A stretch of DNA of 64,000 bases from positions 1 through 64,000 of the IMG/VR virus record IMGVR_UViG_3300026183_000930. One strand, 5' to 3'. Made by a program: the position numbers and the translations under genes. The notes beneath the pieces are model-generated. The model saw only the letters and a program-made list of their open reading frames with translations. It was not told the origin of the DNA and made no database searches. The first letter of the stretch is position 1; the number at the start of each line of letters is the position of its first letter. The DNA is from a virus. This document shows, piece after piece, positions 28,618 to 38,609 of the stretch.

Positions 28618-28800
28618 TTTATTTCTCCCTTTATATAGCAATTATAATCATGACCGTTTAGTCAGATTAATTTTAAATGTTCGCCTTGTTATTGTTATTG
28701 CGGGAGGGTCTGCCTCGTTGTTGTTTTAATGCCTTTTTCGTTCGGAAAGGCTTCAATGTATATTTACCATCTATGGATAGAATTATAGTAGTTATATAAT

Positions 28801-28832
28801 AAAAAAAGGGCGACAGTTTCCCATCGCCCTTT
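28801..28832 (-). terminator. intrinsic terminator
   Basis: GGGCGA/TCGCCC stem with A-tract on +. Confidence 0.75.
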
Positions 28833-28847
28833 AAAGTTTCGTAAAAC

Positions 28848-29114
28848 TTATGCTATTGAACCAAAGTCTTCTGACGTATTAGTTGTTGTCCCTAATCCAC
28901 CAAGTGAAAAACTTGCACCTAATAGTACTGTGTGTTCTAGACCAGCACCTTTGTTAGGAAAATCATCACCTGCTGAACCAATACTGCCCCAGTTTGCGAA
29001 AGCCGAGTCAGTTAAGTCAACTGTTTTCTTAGCATTCCAAGAAACACCAAGACCGTTATACTGTCCAAGACCTGATAATCCAGATAGGTTAAAATATCTA
29101 AATGAGTTAGCCAT
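28848..29114 (-). CDS. small virion-type protein
   Basis: AGGAGGA SD; co-transcribed with fibre gene. Confidence 0.65.
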   Translation of the reverse strand: MANSFRYFNLSGLSGLGQYNGLGVSWNAKKTVDLTDSAFANWGSIGSAGDDFPNKGAGLEHTVLLGASFSLGGLGTTTNTSEDFGSIA

Positions 29115-29136
29115 TATTTTATCCTCCTATTCTGTA

Positions 29137-30366
29137 TTACATTAAGTTAACAAGTACTTCGATAACTCCTGACTCACCGTCAAAGTTTTCTAATGCTTTA
29201 CCAATCATCGCACCACCTTTGAACTCGCCCGCTTCTGCGTGACCAGCCATTGCTGATGAGTGAAGTAAATCACCTTTTCTAATTGAACCTGTTACTTTAC
29301 ATGGTACACGACCTGCTAATGCAACATATGGATGAGTTGAATCATCACCTGCATCTCTGTTCATCATGTATGCTGGTGCTGTAGATATAACACCTGCTAC
29401 TCTTGTTGAACCTGCTTCGTTGCACATTTCGATTTCGTTGTCGCCACCAAAACATACTACTGAACCTGCTTCAACTGGAGAACCTGCATGGTATCTTTCA
29501 GCCAAGTCGGCGTATTGAGCCGATGTTGCTGTACCTTGGAATTCACCACTTGTGAAAACATTTTTGTCAGCAAATGTCCATCTGTCATTTGTTTCATCCC
29601 ATAGGAATGATACGTTAGTGTCGTCACCTCTTTCGATTTCAATACCAGCGTCTTCAGTTGCTGAACCAGTTGCATTAGAGTTTAACATGATTGTGTTATC
29701 TGCTAAATTAATTGTTTCAGTGTTAACTGTTGTAGTTGTACCTGATACTGTTAGGTCACCTGTTACAATCAAGTTTCTTCCTACAGTTGCATCACCATCA
29801 CCATTAAGTATTAATGGAGTTGAGTCTGAACCACCTGAAGTTTTTGTTTTGAATGTAATTGAATCACCGTTTACTTGGTCTTTAAAAAACCAACCACTGC
29901 TGTTTGATGTTATCATATGCCAGACGCCACCAGAAGTATTGTTCATGTAAACTTCTGTTGTTCCGCCTGCTAGTGATGGGTCACCAAGGAATAATCTAGC
30001 GTTTTGGTTAGTACCATATACTTCATATCCTTTGATGTTGTTTGATGCTATCATATCGCCGGTTACGTCTAAACCTGATGATGAAAATAGACCACGAGTT
30101 GAACCACCTGTGTTAATTTGTACTGTATCTGCGTCTGCTGATGTTTCTACTTTTACGTAAGTATCAGAATCCGCATCTATAAGTGTGTCTGACGATAAAT
30201 TGTCTACTGACGCTTTTGTCGCCAACTCAGTACCGCCTGCTGTTGAACCATCGTGTACGTGAATTGAAGAATTCGACGTGTTAACTGTGATTTCACCAAC
30301 AAGACCAGTAAATGAAGAGTGCTCTGCTGAAGTACCTCTTCTTAATTGAATTGCGTAATTTGCCAT
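29137..30366 (-). CDS. fibre protein with Mtd-like N-terminus and C-terminal intramolecular-chaperone-like domain
   Basis: IQLRRGT..FTGLVGEITV..HDGSTAGG; YADLAERY..VALAGRVPCKV..GKALE. Confidence 0.8.
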   Translation of the reverse strand: MANYAIQLRRGTSAEHSSFTGLVGEITVNTSNSSIHVHDGSTAGGTELATKASVDNLSSDTLIDADSDTYVKVETSADADTVQINTGGSTRGLFSSSGLDVTGDMIASNNIKGYEVYGTNQNARLFLGDPSLAGGTTEVYMNNTSGGVWHMITSNSSGWFFKDQVNGDSITFKTKTSGGSDSTPLILNGDGDATVGRNLIVTGDLTVSGTTTTVNTETINLADNTIMLNSNATGSATEDAGIEIERGDDTNVSFLWDETNDRWTFADKNVFTSGEFQGTATSAQYADLAERYHAGSPVEAGSVVCFGGDNEIEMCNEAGSTRVAGVISTAPAYMMNRDAGDDSTHPYVALAGRVPCKVTGSIRKGDLLHSSAMAGHAEAGEFKGGAMIGKALENFDGESGVIEVLVNLM

Positions 30367-30566
30367 TTTTTCTGCTCCTATCGATAGTTAAACACTGACC
30401 CATGTCAGTGCCTTGTTCTTTTGTTCCATATTTTTACGTATGGTTAGTAATTACTATTGAACTCTTTGTATTTATATGTTATTATTAATAAACAAAAATG
30501 TTCAATATTATTTAAGTTAAATAAGCATATAATAATATACACATATAAACCGCAAAGAAAGAAACA

Positions 30567-31928
30567 ATGAAGAAAATAAACCTTGTTTGGGATAACTGGA
30601 GTGATAAAGACACACCAATGCCAAACGGATTGCACCACAAGTATCGAGACCAGTGGAAAACACACTGGAAAAACAAATATGAAATCAACGTTTTAACACG
30701 TTTCATTCCATATGATCGATACAATATTGGGTTTTTTCCTTTGTTGCTCTCTCAATGCAGTGTTACTTATAATAATATAAAGCCTGATCAAATATCACAT
30801 AATGATAATTGTGAAAACTGGTATGTTATGGAACCTAATCATATGGATGTTAGTTTGATAACAGAAAATATGTTTGGGTGCATTGATGAAAAAAGTCTTA
30901 AACTGCTCAGAGAAAAGAAAATGAAAATCATTTTCTACTATGCCTATGAGGCATTTCCTTTCTGGCAAGTGGATTGGATGAGAATGTTACAGCGAAGTTT
31001 GGGTTGGCTCAAAATACCAAGCTCTCAGTTTGTGTTGATATTTGGAGATCTCAACGTTGGAGAAAACTATCAAAAGTATATGTCAGATCATGAACAATAC
31101 TATGGTTACTATTTTGAAAATATTTTTGTGTTTGATCACTTTGGTTGGGAACTACATGACTACATAAAAAATTTTGTGTTGACAAACCCTGATCAAAAAG
31201 AAGTATTACCTGCCACAGATGAAATAAGAGACCATAAAAGATCTCACAAGTTCCTTTGTTTAAATGGTGGAGGCAGACCACACAGAAAGTTTATGCTGAC
31301 TGAATTAAAAAGGCAAGGCATACTAGATGATGGCTTATGGAGTTATCTAAACAAATTTGACATTCCATATGAACCTGCTGACTACTGTTTTAAACCAATC
31401 AAAAAAGGCACAGGTGATATGTCTTTTATAGAAATGATTTCATATCACAAAACATACGGTAATCAAATAGTTGAAAAACATCTTGATGTGAATGCTGAAC
31501 AAGACGCATGGCACAACAGAGGAATGACTGCTGATCACTACAAAGAAACTTATTTTAATATTGTCACAGAAACATGGCCGGCAGATCCAAGTTTCTTTGT
31601 CACAGAAAAAATATTCAAACCTATTGTTAATTTACAACCATTTGTGGTTTGTGGGTTACCAGGCAACATCAAGTATTTAAAAGACAAAGGATATGAAACA
31701 TACAACGATTGGTTTGTTGAAGATTACGATAATGTGCAAGGACACAAACAACGAATGTATTATTTGATGCAGGAAATTGTTAGAATAGCAAAAATGCCAA
31801 AAGAAGAATTACATAAAAAATATCAGCAATCATGGGAAAAACTTTTGTATAACAGAAATCATTTTTTCAATTATGATCACACAAAAGGATTTAAAGATCT
31901 TGTTGAAGGAATACAACAACTAACTTAA
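30567..31928 (+). CDS. putative glycosyltransferase-like protein (GT10-like C-terminus)
   Basis: FLCLNGGGRPHR, NIVTET, FVTEKIFKPI, LKDKGYETY. Confidence 0.55.
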   Translation: MKKINLVWDNWSDKDTPMPNGLHHKYRDQWKTHWKNKYEINVLTRFIPYDRYNIGFFPLLLSQCSVTYNNIKPDQISHNDNCENWYVMEPNHMDVSLITENMFGCIDEKSLKLLREKKMKIIFYYAYEAFPFWQVDWMRMLQRSLGWLKIPSSQFVLIFGDLNVGENYQKYMSDHEQYYGYYFENIFVFDHFGWELHDYIKNFVLTNPDQKEVLPATDEIRDHKRSHKFLCLNGGGRPHRKFMLTELKRQGILDDGLWSYLNKFDIPYEPADYCFKPIKKGTGDMSFIEMISYHKTYGNQIVEKHLDVNAEQDAWHNRGMTADHYKETYFNIVTETWPADPSFFVTEKIFKPIVNLQPFVVCGLPGNIKYLKDKGYETYNDWFVEDYDNVQGHKQRMYYLMQEIVRIAKMPKEELHKKYQQSWEKLLYNRNHFFNYDHTKGFKDLVEGIQQLT

Positions 31929-31960
31929 ATGATTAAATACTAAAAAGAGAAAAATTAAAA

Positions 31961-33457
31961 ATGGTCACATGGGGAATAACAGCACTAGGACATGATGCTT
32001 CAATCACAGTTTTAGAAGATTCTAAAATTTTGTTTGCGGCACATTCAGAAAGATATTCTAGAATCAAAAACGATGAATATTTAAACGAACAAATAGTCAA
32101 TGATGCATTACAGTATGGAATACCAGAAAAAATAATTTGGTATGAAAAACCTTTGCTTAAGAAAACAAGACAGATATATGCTGGACAATGGTCTGAGGCT
32201 CTGTCAAATAAAAACTTACCAAAAAATTATTTGAAACAGTTTTTTGATTTTATTGAACCAATGCCCAAAATAAAATATGTTCCTCATCACCAAAGTCATG
32301 CGGCCGCTGGTGCTTACACTTCTCCTTTTAACAAAGCAACAGTTGTGGTACTAGATGCTATTGGTGAATGGGACAGTTGCAGTGTTTGGAAATATGATAG
32401 AAGTAAAACTGTTAGTCCTTTAAAAAAATTAGAATCATCTAGATACCCACACAGTTTTGGATTACTGTATTCGGCATTTACTCAGCGTTGCGGACTCAAA
32501 CCCAACGAAGAAGAATATATTTTAATGGGTATGTCTGCTTATGGCAAACCAATTTATGCTGATCAAATAAGAAAAGATTTCATTGAAAATGTGTTTCCTT
32601 TTAGATTAAAAATTAATCCTCATGCTGGTATTGGTAATTATTTGCCAGAAGCATCAAACGAAGATCTTGCAAGTTCAATACAATTTATTGCTGATGAAGT
32701 CATATTTAGATATGTGTCTGCCGCAATTAATTTAACAAAAGAACGTAATTTAATTTTTATGGGCGGTGTTGCACTTAACTGTTTATCAAATAGAAAACTG
32801 TTAAACATCTGTGACAGTATATGGATTATGCCTAACCCGGGTGATGCTGGTAATTCATTAGGTGCCGCCTGTTTAGAACACGGACCAGTTTATTGGGAGT
32901 CACCATTTTTGGGAACAGAAATCAAAGGTGAGTATCCTGTTGATGAAATCATACAAGAACTAACAAAAAATAAAATATGTGGAGTAGCCAATGGTCGTGC
33001 AGAGTTTGGGCCAAGAGCATTAGGCAATAGATCATTACTTGCTGATCCACGTGGATTAGAAATCAAAGACAAAGTAAATGAAATCAAACGCAGACAAAAG
33101 TTTAGACCTTTTGCACCAAGTATTCTATCTGAACATCTCAGCGATTACTTTGATGTAAACACAAATCAAAGTCCATACATGCAATTTATTGCTGATGCTA
33201 AACCTAATACAATAAAAGAAATGCCAGCAATAATACATGCCGATGGTACTGCTAGAGTACAAACAGTTTCACAAAATGACAATCCAGGATTTAGAAAATT
33301 GCTTGAAGCATGGTATGAAAAAACAGGTTGTCCAATGTTATTAAATACTAGTCTAAACATTAGAGGAGAACCTCTAGTTAACAATGAACAAGATGCAGAA
33401 GCGTTTGAAAAAAAATATAACGTAAAAGTTTTTACAAAAGGAGTTAACAATAAATGA
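31961..33457 (+). CDS. carbamoyltransferase (NodU/CmcH family)
   Basis: HDAS, ERYSRIK, HHQSHAA, DAIGE, GGVALN, EFGPRALGNRS, FRPFAP, LNTSLN. Confidence 0.95.
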   Translation: MVTWGITALGHDASITVLEDSKILFAAHSERYSRIKNDEYLNEQIVNDALQYGIPEKIIWYEKPLLKKTRQIYAGQWSEALSNKNLPKNYLKQFFDFIEPMPKIKYVPHHQSHAAAGAYTSPFNKATVVVLDAIGEWDSCSVWKYDRSKTVSPLKKLESSRYPHSFGLLYSAFTQRCGLKPNEEEYILMGMSAYGKPIYADQIRKDFIENVFPFRLKINPHAGIGNYLPEASNEDLASSIQFIADEVIFRYVSAAINLTKERNLIFMGGVALNCLSNRKLLNICDSIWIMPNPGDAGNSLGAACLEHGPVYWESPFLGTEIKGEYPVDEIIQELTKNKICGVANGRAEFGPRALGNRSLLADPRGLEIKDKVNEIKRRQKFRPFAPSILSEHLSDYFDVNTNQSPYMQFIADAKPNTIKEMPAIIHADGTARVQTVSQNDNPGFRKLLEAWYEKTGCPMLLNTSLNIRGEPLVNNEQDAEAFEKKYNVKVFTKGVNNK

Positions 33458-34719
33458 AAAAGAAAGTTGCAATGATAGGTGTTGGCAAACTAGGTGAACC
33501 TTGTGCTGAAGCCATGTCAGAATATCATGACGTTGTAGGTTATGATGTATTACCAAGAACACCAAAGTTTCCAATCAAAGAATCAATTCAAGAAGCAGTG
33601 GCTGATAGAGATCTTATTTTTATTGCCGCTCCTACACCTCACAATGCCAAGTATGATGGAAGACATCCTACAGCACACTTAGACAACAAAGATTTTGATT
33701 ATACTATTGTAAAAAACATTCTTAAAGAAGTAAACAAATTTGTAAACAAAAAACAGTTGGTAATTTTAATTTCAACAGTGCTTCCAGGCACAGTAAGAAG
33801 AGAGCTTGAACCATTGATAACAAATGCAAGATTTGTTTACAATCCATATTTGATTGCCATGGGCACAGTCAAATGGGATTTCTTAAATCCAGAAATGGTC
33901 ATGATTGGCACAGAAAATGGATCAGAAACTGGTGATGCCAAAGAACTTGTAGACTTTTATAAAACCATGATGCAGAATGATCCAAGATATGTTATTGGCA
34001 CATGGGATGAATGTGAATGTATCAAAGTATTCTACAACACATTTATTTCTGCAAAAATATCATTGGTAAACATGATACAAGATGTTGCTGAAAAACAAGG
34101 CAACATAAATGTGGATGTTGTTACCAAAGCACTTGCTGATTCCGATCAAAGAATTATGGGACCAAAATACATGACAGCAGGCATGGGTGATGGCGGCGCT
34201 TGTCATCCAAGAGACAATATTGCACTGCGTTACATGGCAGAAAATTTAGGACTGGGTTACGATTTGTTTGATGCTGTAATGAAAGCAAGAGAAATACAAG
34301 CAGAAAATCTTGCTAAGAAATTAGTCAGTTATGGCAATCCTGTAATTATTGTTGGTAAAGCATACAAACCAAATGTCAAATACATTGATGGATCTTACAG
34401 CATACTTGTGGGTCATTATGTAGAACAAAATGGAACACAACTGTATTATCATGATCCTTTGTGTGGAGAAACTGCGCCAGAAACAGCAGGACCATACACT
34501 TACTTAATGGCACATGATCCATCAGTTTCGTTCTTGATGAGCAAAAAACCCACCGAGGGTGAAGATATCAGCATAGCATTTCAACCAGGATCAGTCATTG
34601 TTGATCCATGGAGAAAGATGAAATCAGTGGATCAATGTCAAGTGGTTTCATACGGTAACACAAGAACTGACAAAAAGCCTGAGCTAGTAGTACTGCCTGT
34701 TAATAATAAAACAGCATAA
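33454..34719 (+). CDS. UDP-glucose/GDP-mannose dehydrogenase family protein
   Basis: GVGKLG, APTP, STVLPGT, GGACHPRD, AYKPN. Confidence 0.9.
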   Translation: MKKKVAMIGVGKLGEPCAEAMSEYHDVVGYDVLPRTPKFPIKESIQEAVADRDLIFIAAPTPHNAKYDGRHPTAHLDNKDFDYTIVKNILKEVNKFVNKKQLVILISTVLPGTVRRELEPLITNARFVYNPYLIAMGTVKWDFLNPEMVMIGTENGSETGDAKELVDFYKTMMQNDPRYVIGTWDECECIKVFYNTFISAKISLVNMIQDVAEKQGNINVDVVTKALADSDQRIMGPKYMTAGMGDGGACHPRDNIALRYMAENLGLGYDLFDAVMKAREIQAENLAKKLVSYGNPVIIVGKAYKPNVKYIDGSYSILVGHYVEQNGTQLYYHDPLCGETAPETAGPYTYLMAHDPSVSFLMSKKPTEGEDISIAFQPGSVIVDPWRKMKSVDQCQVVSYGNTRTDKKPELVVLPVNNKTA

Positions 34720-34727
34720 ATACTAGT

Positions 34728-35849
34728 ATGAAATACATTGAGCTAATCACAGAAGCCCCAAATCCTGACAAAGAACAGGCACAGCGAGACTTAGATAGAC
34801 TGAATTATATCAATACCTATCTAAAAAACAATCCTGCTGAGTTGGGTAGATTTCACAAAGCACTTAGACAAAAAGAAAGAGAACAAAAAGTTGCCGCAGG
34901 AGATATGGATGCTGATGATATTTTACCAAAATTAGATCTAAAAAGAACTGATCCAGAAAGAGATCACAAGCCTCTTGTGAAACGTTTCATTGAAGCCATG
35001 GTACAAGCAGATGGTGATGAAGATGACATGATTAACTTTGTTAACACTTATGGCAAAGTCAGTTACATAGACACAGAAAAACTAAGAACTGAAGGTGCAA
35101 GACAAGATATTAAATCATGGTTAGGCGGACGTGGTGAAGTGAGTGATCAATTCATTTACAGTTTGTTTTCTAGTTTGTTTCCAAAAGACTCTTATGGTGG
35201 TCCAGGAGAAACTGCCATGGCATTGTTATCTCCATCAATCACAAGACCAGAAGGCAACAAAGGTGACTTAATTGTTGACAAAGTCAAAGTAGAAGTCAAG
35301 GGTGAAGATGCCAAGGGTGGAGGAAGATTTAAAGATGAAGCCACAAGTATTGGTACTCCTGACATCAAACCAATATATGCCAAAGTGTTAGCCAAACAAC
35401 CAGACATAAAAGTTGACGGACTTGATTTGCCAACATATGACAGAATATCTTCCAGCACAAAAGACAAAGTTATTAAGAACAAGTTTCCATTATTAAATGT
35501 TGCAAGAGCAATTGATCTTGTTGACAACAAACTAGCAGATGACTTTATGAAAGAAATGTTAACAAAAACATTTGTGAAGTCAGCAGAAAACTACAGCAGT
35601 TTGTTTAAGAACTGGAGACAGATGAATCATGCTCAGTTGAATCGTGCCGCAACAAAAATGAGCTATTTGAATTACAAAACAGAATTAGATGCCAAAGGTT
35701 TTGAACACATTCTGTTAATTAACAAACCAAAAGCAGTGTCACTATATTTTAATACAAATGACTTTGATACAGCAAGAGAGCTATTTAAGTTAGGATCAGT
35801 AGACTTCGGTGACAAGCAAAACATGGGCGCCGCCCAAGCATCATTGTAA
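34728..35849 (+). CDS. late protein with capsid-targeting-like leader and PD-(D/E)xK nuclease-like motif
   Basis: MKYIELITE-A; GPGE...GDLIVDKVKVEVKG; TAAATA-N5-ATG. Confidence 0.55.
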   Translation: MKYIELITEAPNPDKEQAQRDLDRLNYINTYLKNNPAELGRFHKALRQKEREQKVAAGDMDADDILPKLDLKRTDPERDHKPLVKRFIEAMVQADGDEDDMINFVNTYGKVSYIDTEKLRTEGARQDIKSWLGGRGEVSDQFIYSLFSSLFPKDSYGGPGETAMALLSPSITRPEGNKGDLIVDKVKVEVKGEDAKGGGRFKDEATSIGTPDIKPIYAKVLAKQPDIKVDGLDLPTYDRISSSTKDKVIKNKFPLLNVARAIDLVDNKLADDFMKEMLTKTFVKSAENYSSLFKNWRQMNHAQLNRAATKMSYLNYKTELDAKGFEHILLINKPKAVSLYFNTNDFDTARELFKLGSVDFGDKQNMGAAQASL

Positions 35850-35899
35850 TCGCTAAAACATAGTATAAAGTCTAAGATTTTAAATTAAATAATAATGTT

Positions 35900-36634
35900 A
35901 TGAAATTACGAGATTACATTCTAGGTATACCTATCTTTATAATATTGATGTATATCATCATAACCAAAGTGCTATTTGGCAGTTCATTACCAGAATTTCA
36001 AAAAGCAGAAAAGACTTGGTTAACCTTTTCTAGTTACAATCGTACTGATATTGGTAATTTATCATTAATGAATCAAAGAGGATACGGAGTATATCCTGCT
36101 GAACCAATTGTACATTCGTGGGAAATAAAAAACAACAGTAACCAAGAGTTTCACGGCATAGTTAATTTAATTTTAGAAAAGCAAGATAACTCAATAAAAA
36201 TGTATTACACATTTAACAATTTGAGAAACGAAATAAAAATACCTCCAGGGGCAACAGTACGTGTCACATTACTTGGATATCTTAATCCAGAAATTTTATT
36301 AACTGATAAACTTAAAAACTATTACAATAGATCACTATCAATTAGTTTAGTTGTACATGATATAAATGAGTATGATACCTTTTATTGGGACTCTAGAAGT
36401 TATTATTTTGCACATGAACATTATAATACAGAAACAGATGATTACAAATTAGCATCAATTCAATTTATTAATGAAACATGCAGTCAATTAAAAGAAAAAT
36501 ATGCTGTAAGATGGAATATACAACCAAAAATTTGTTACAACAGAAATCAAGATAGTAACGTAAGCAATGTAGATGTTAAAGCAGGATCATCACCTGCAAG
36601 ATCATCACCTGTACCAATGTCAGTTCCTTATTAA
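35900..36634 (+). CDS. membrane-anchored hypothetical protein
   Basis: N-terminal TM helix. Confidence 0.65.
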   Translation: MKLRDYILGIPIFIILMYIIITKVLFGSSLPEFQKAEKTWLTFSSYNRTDIGNLSLMNQRGYGVYPAEPIVHSWEIKNNSNQEFHGIVNLILEKQDNSIKMYYTFNNLRNEIKIPPGATVRVTLLGYLNPEILLTDKLKNYYNRSLSISLVVHDINEYDTFYWDSRSYYFAHEHYNTETDDYKLASIQFINETCSQLKEKYAVRWNIQPKICYNRNQDSNVSNVDVKAGSSPARSSPVPMSVPY

Positions 36635-36639
36635 AACAG

Positions 36640-36867
36640 TTAAACTATTTCTTCAACAATACCTAATACTTCTGCTAAGAATAACACTGCACCAGCCAGC
36701 ATCATAAACAATCCTGAATCAGCAATAAAAATATCTGAATACATGTTTGCTGACCACAAGACATAACCTGCCCAGCCTAACAATCCTGATGCTACAAATC
36801 TAAAAATGCTTTTGATTATACTAACTGAAAAATGACCTTTGCCTGGATCTTTTGTTGCGATTTTCAT
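36640..36867 (-). CDS. small 2-TM membrane protein
   Basis: HFSVSIIKSIFR..LAEVLGIVEEIV. Confidence 0.7.
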   Translation of the reverse strand: MKIATKDPGKGHFSVSIIKSIFRFVASGLLGWAGYVLWSANMYSDIFIADSGLFMMLAGAVLFLAEVLGIVEEIV

Positions 36868-36883
36868 TTTGATTTTATCCATT

Positions 36884-37110
36884 CTAAGAAATGACTTTAA
36901 CACTACTTGGAAGGCCTTGCTGTGAACTCACCTCCAACTTTCGGATAGCAGATCACATCTATAATTTTGCAAGGTTTAGATATGAAACCTACTTCCAACC
37001 ACCTCCATCTAAACCGAGCCACTTGGCCGCTTAAAAGACTTTAGTGTGCATTACTCCCCTGCCGAAGAGTTATTCTGCCACAAGTGCTAAGAATTAATTA
37101 CTTTCTTAGT
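36884..37110 (-). ncRNA. candidate ~225-nt structured RNA with pseudoknot
   Basis: downstream of TTGACA(37158)/TATATT(37135) promoter; nested stems with G-U pairs on minus strand. Confidence 0.6.
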
Positions 37111-37171
37111 TTGTGTTAAAGTTAATAGTAATATAACACAAGAGAGTATTCTTGTCAACCTTTTTTTTAAA

Positions 37172-37330
37172 TTATTTTTTAAATGGATTTAAGCCTTTGA
37201 TCTTGTCTGAAACACCTTTTGTGGCCTGTTTAGTTTTGTTGGCCATAGATTTAGTCAAACCTTTTGCTTTGCCTGTGACATCTGGCATTTTAGGCATTTT
37301 GATCTTGGGCATTTTAATTTTATCAAACAT
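37172..37330 (-). CDS. 52-aa basic peptide (MFDKIKMPKIKMPKMPD...)
   Basis: AAGGA SD; TAAATA upstream. Confidence 0.6.
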   Translation of the reverse strand: MFDKIKMPKIKMPKMPDVTGKAKGLTKSMANKTKQATKGVSDKIKGLNPFKK

Positions 37331-37611
37331 AATAAATTCCTTTATTTGAAGTTGTATTTATTTCAGTTTTTTATCTTTTTGTCGTTGTACCACTTTTTCA
37401 ATTGGGAATAGAACCACATTTTTATACTGTAACAAACTGATTCTCCACTTTAAATACTCAATATATTTCATTGCTTTTTTATTTATAATAGCACTTTTTG
37501 AAGATAAATAAATGGTGACGATATATAATTAAATCAAAGGTTGCAAAAAATTAAAAAATATTATATAATACGATCTGTTTTTAAAAAAATCCAAAGGAAA
37601 GGAATAATAAT

Positions 37612-38547
37612 ATGAAAAAAACAATAGCAATCATCGTGGCGGCAGTCGTGGTAGTATTAGCATGGCTATTTTGGCCATCAAAACCAGCTGAAGCATCTGA
37701 GATTGAAGTTGGCAGTGCCCAAGTGGAATTCTACGGTACTTTGAACTACAAACTCAGCAACGACGAGAATTCAAGTGGTAACACTTATACCAAAGCCGAA
37801 AACAACGGTTCAATTCTAGGAGTGAATGTGTCTGAATCAATCACAGACGGCATTTCTGGTTTTGCTACAGTTGAACTAGGTTTAGATGCTGATGACAGCA
37901 ACAACAATCCATTAGACTCAAGACTGGCTTTTGCTGGTATTGACTTTGGAACAATTGGTGCCATTTCAGCAGGTAGACAAGCATCACCATTCACATCAAA
38001 TGTATCTGGTCACACAGACGTGTTTGAAGTGTACGGTTCAGGTGCAGACCAAAGTTTATTTGTACGTGACACAAACACTATTGCATACAGCAATAAAGTT
38101 GGTGCACTGACATTTGATGGTTTGGTCAAAATAGATGGCTCAACAGGTCAAGACGGTATTGATGTGCAAGAAGGCACAGTGTCAATATCAGAAGGCATGG
38201 TTTCAGCATCAGCAGGTGCTTCAAGAGACAGAGTCAATGATATCAACTATTATGGTGCAGGTGCCACAGTGGATCTAGAAATAGCCACAGTTGGTTACAC
38301 TCACACTATCAAAGATGCGGCAACAGACGTTACTGCCAATGAATACATTGTGTCAAAAACAATTGATGCAACCACATTCACAGGCGGCTACGGCAAAGTT
38401 GAAGATTCAACAGCCTACTACACAGCAGGTGTATCTCACAACTTTAGCGAACAGTTGTCATCATATGTGGAATATCAACAGCAGGACAACACCGGTGCCA
38501 CACTGGACACTGAAAGTTATTCAGCTGGTATCAAGTTCACATTCTAA
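37612..38547 (+). CDS. Gram-negative porin
   Basis: signal peptide, VEFYGTL, SILGV, RLAFAGI, GRQ, NTIAYS, amphipathic strands, terminal Phe. Confidence 0.9.
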   Translation: MKKTIAIIVAAVVVVLAWLFWPSKPAEASEIEVGSAQVEFYGTLNYKLSNDENSSGNTYTKAENNGSILGVNVSESITDGISGFATVELGLDADDSNNNPLDSRLAFAGIDFGTIGAISAGRQASPFTSNVSGHTDVFEVYGSGADQSLFVRDTNTIAYSNKVGALTFDGLVKIDGSTGQDGIDVQEGTVSISEGMVSASAGASRDRVNDINYYGAGATVDLEIATVGYTHTIKDAATDVTANEYIVSKTIDATTFTGGYGKVEDSTAYYTAGVSHNFSEQLSSYVEYQQQDNTGATLDTESYSAGIKFTF

Positions 38548-38577
38548 TACATTCTAATACATTGTGATAAAAACATT

Positions 38578-38602
38578 AAAGCCCGCTCCGGCGGGTTTTT
38601 TT
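38578..38602 (+). terminator. intrinsic terminator after porin
   Basis: GCCCGC-TCCG-GCGGGT-T6. Confidence 0.85.
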
Positions 38603-38609
38603 GTGGCTG

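Noticed and set aside
29137-30366. Diversity-generating retroelement target
   Set aside because: Only the Mtd-like N-terminus is present; no reverse transcriptase or TR/VR pair in the window
36884-37110. tmRNA or RNase P RNA
   Set aside because: No T-loop/CCA acceptor end and no GAGGAAAGUCC RNase P signature seen
38541-38563. 10-bp tandem duplication attctaatac at the porin stop
   Set aside because: Simple slippage duplication with no sign of an insertion element
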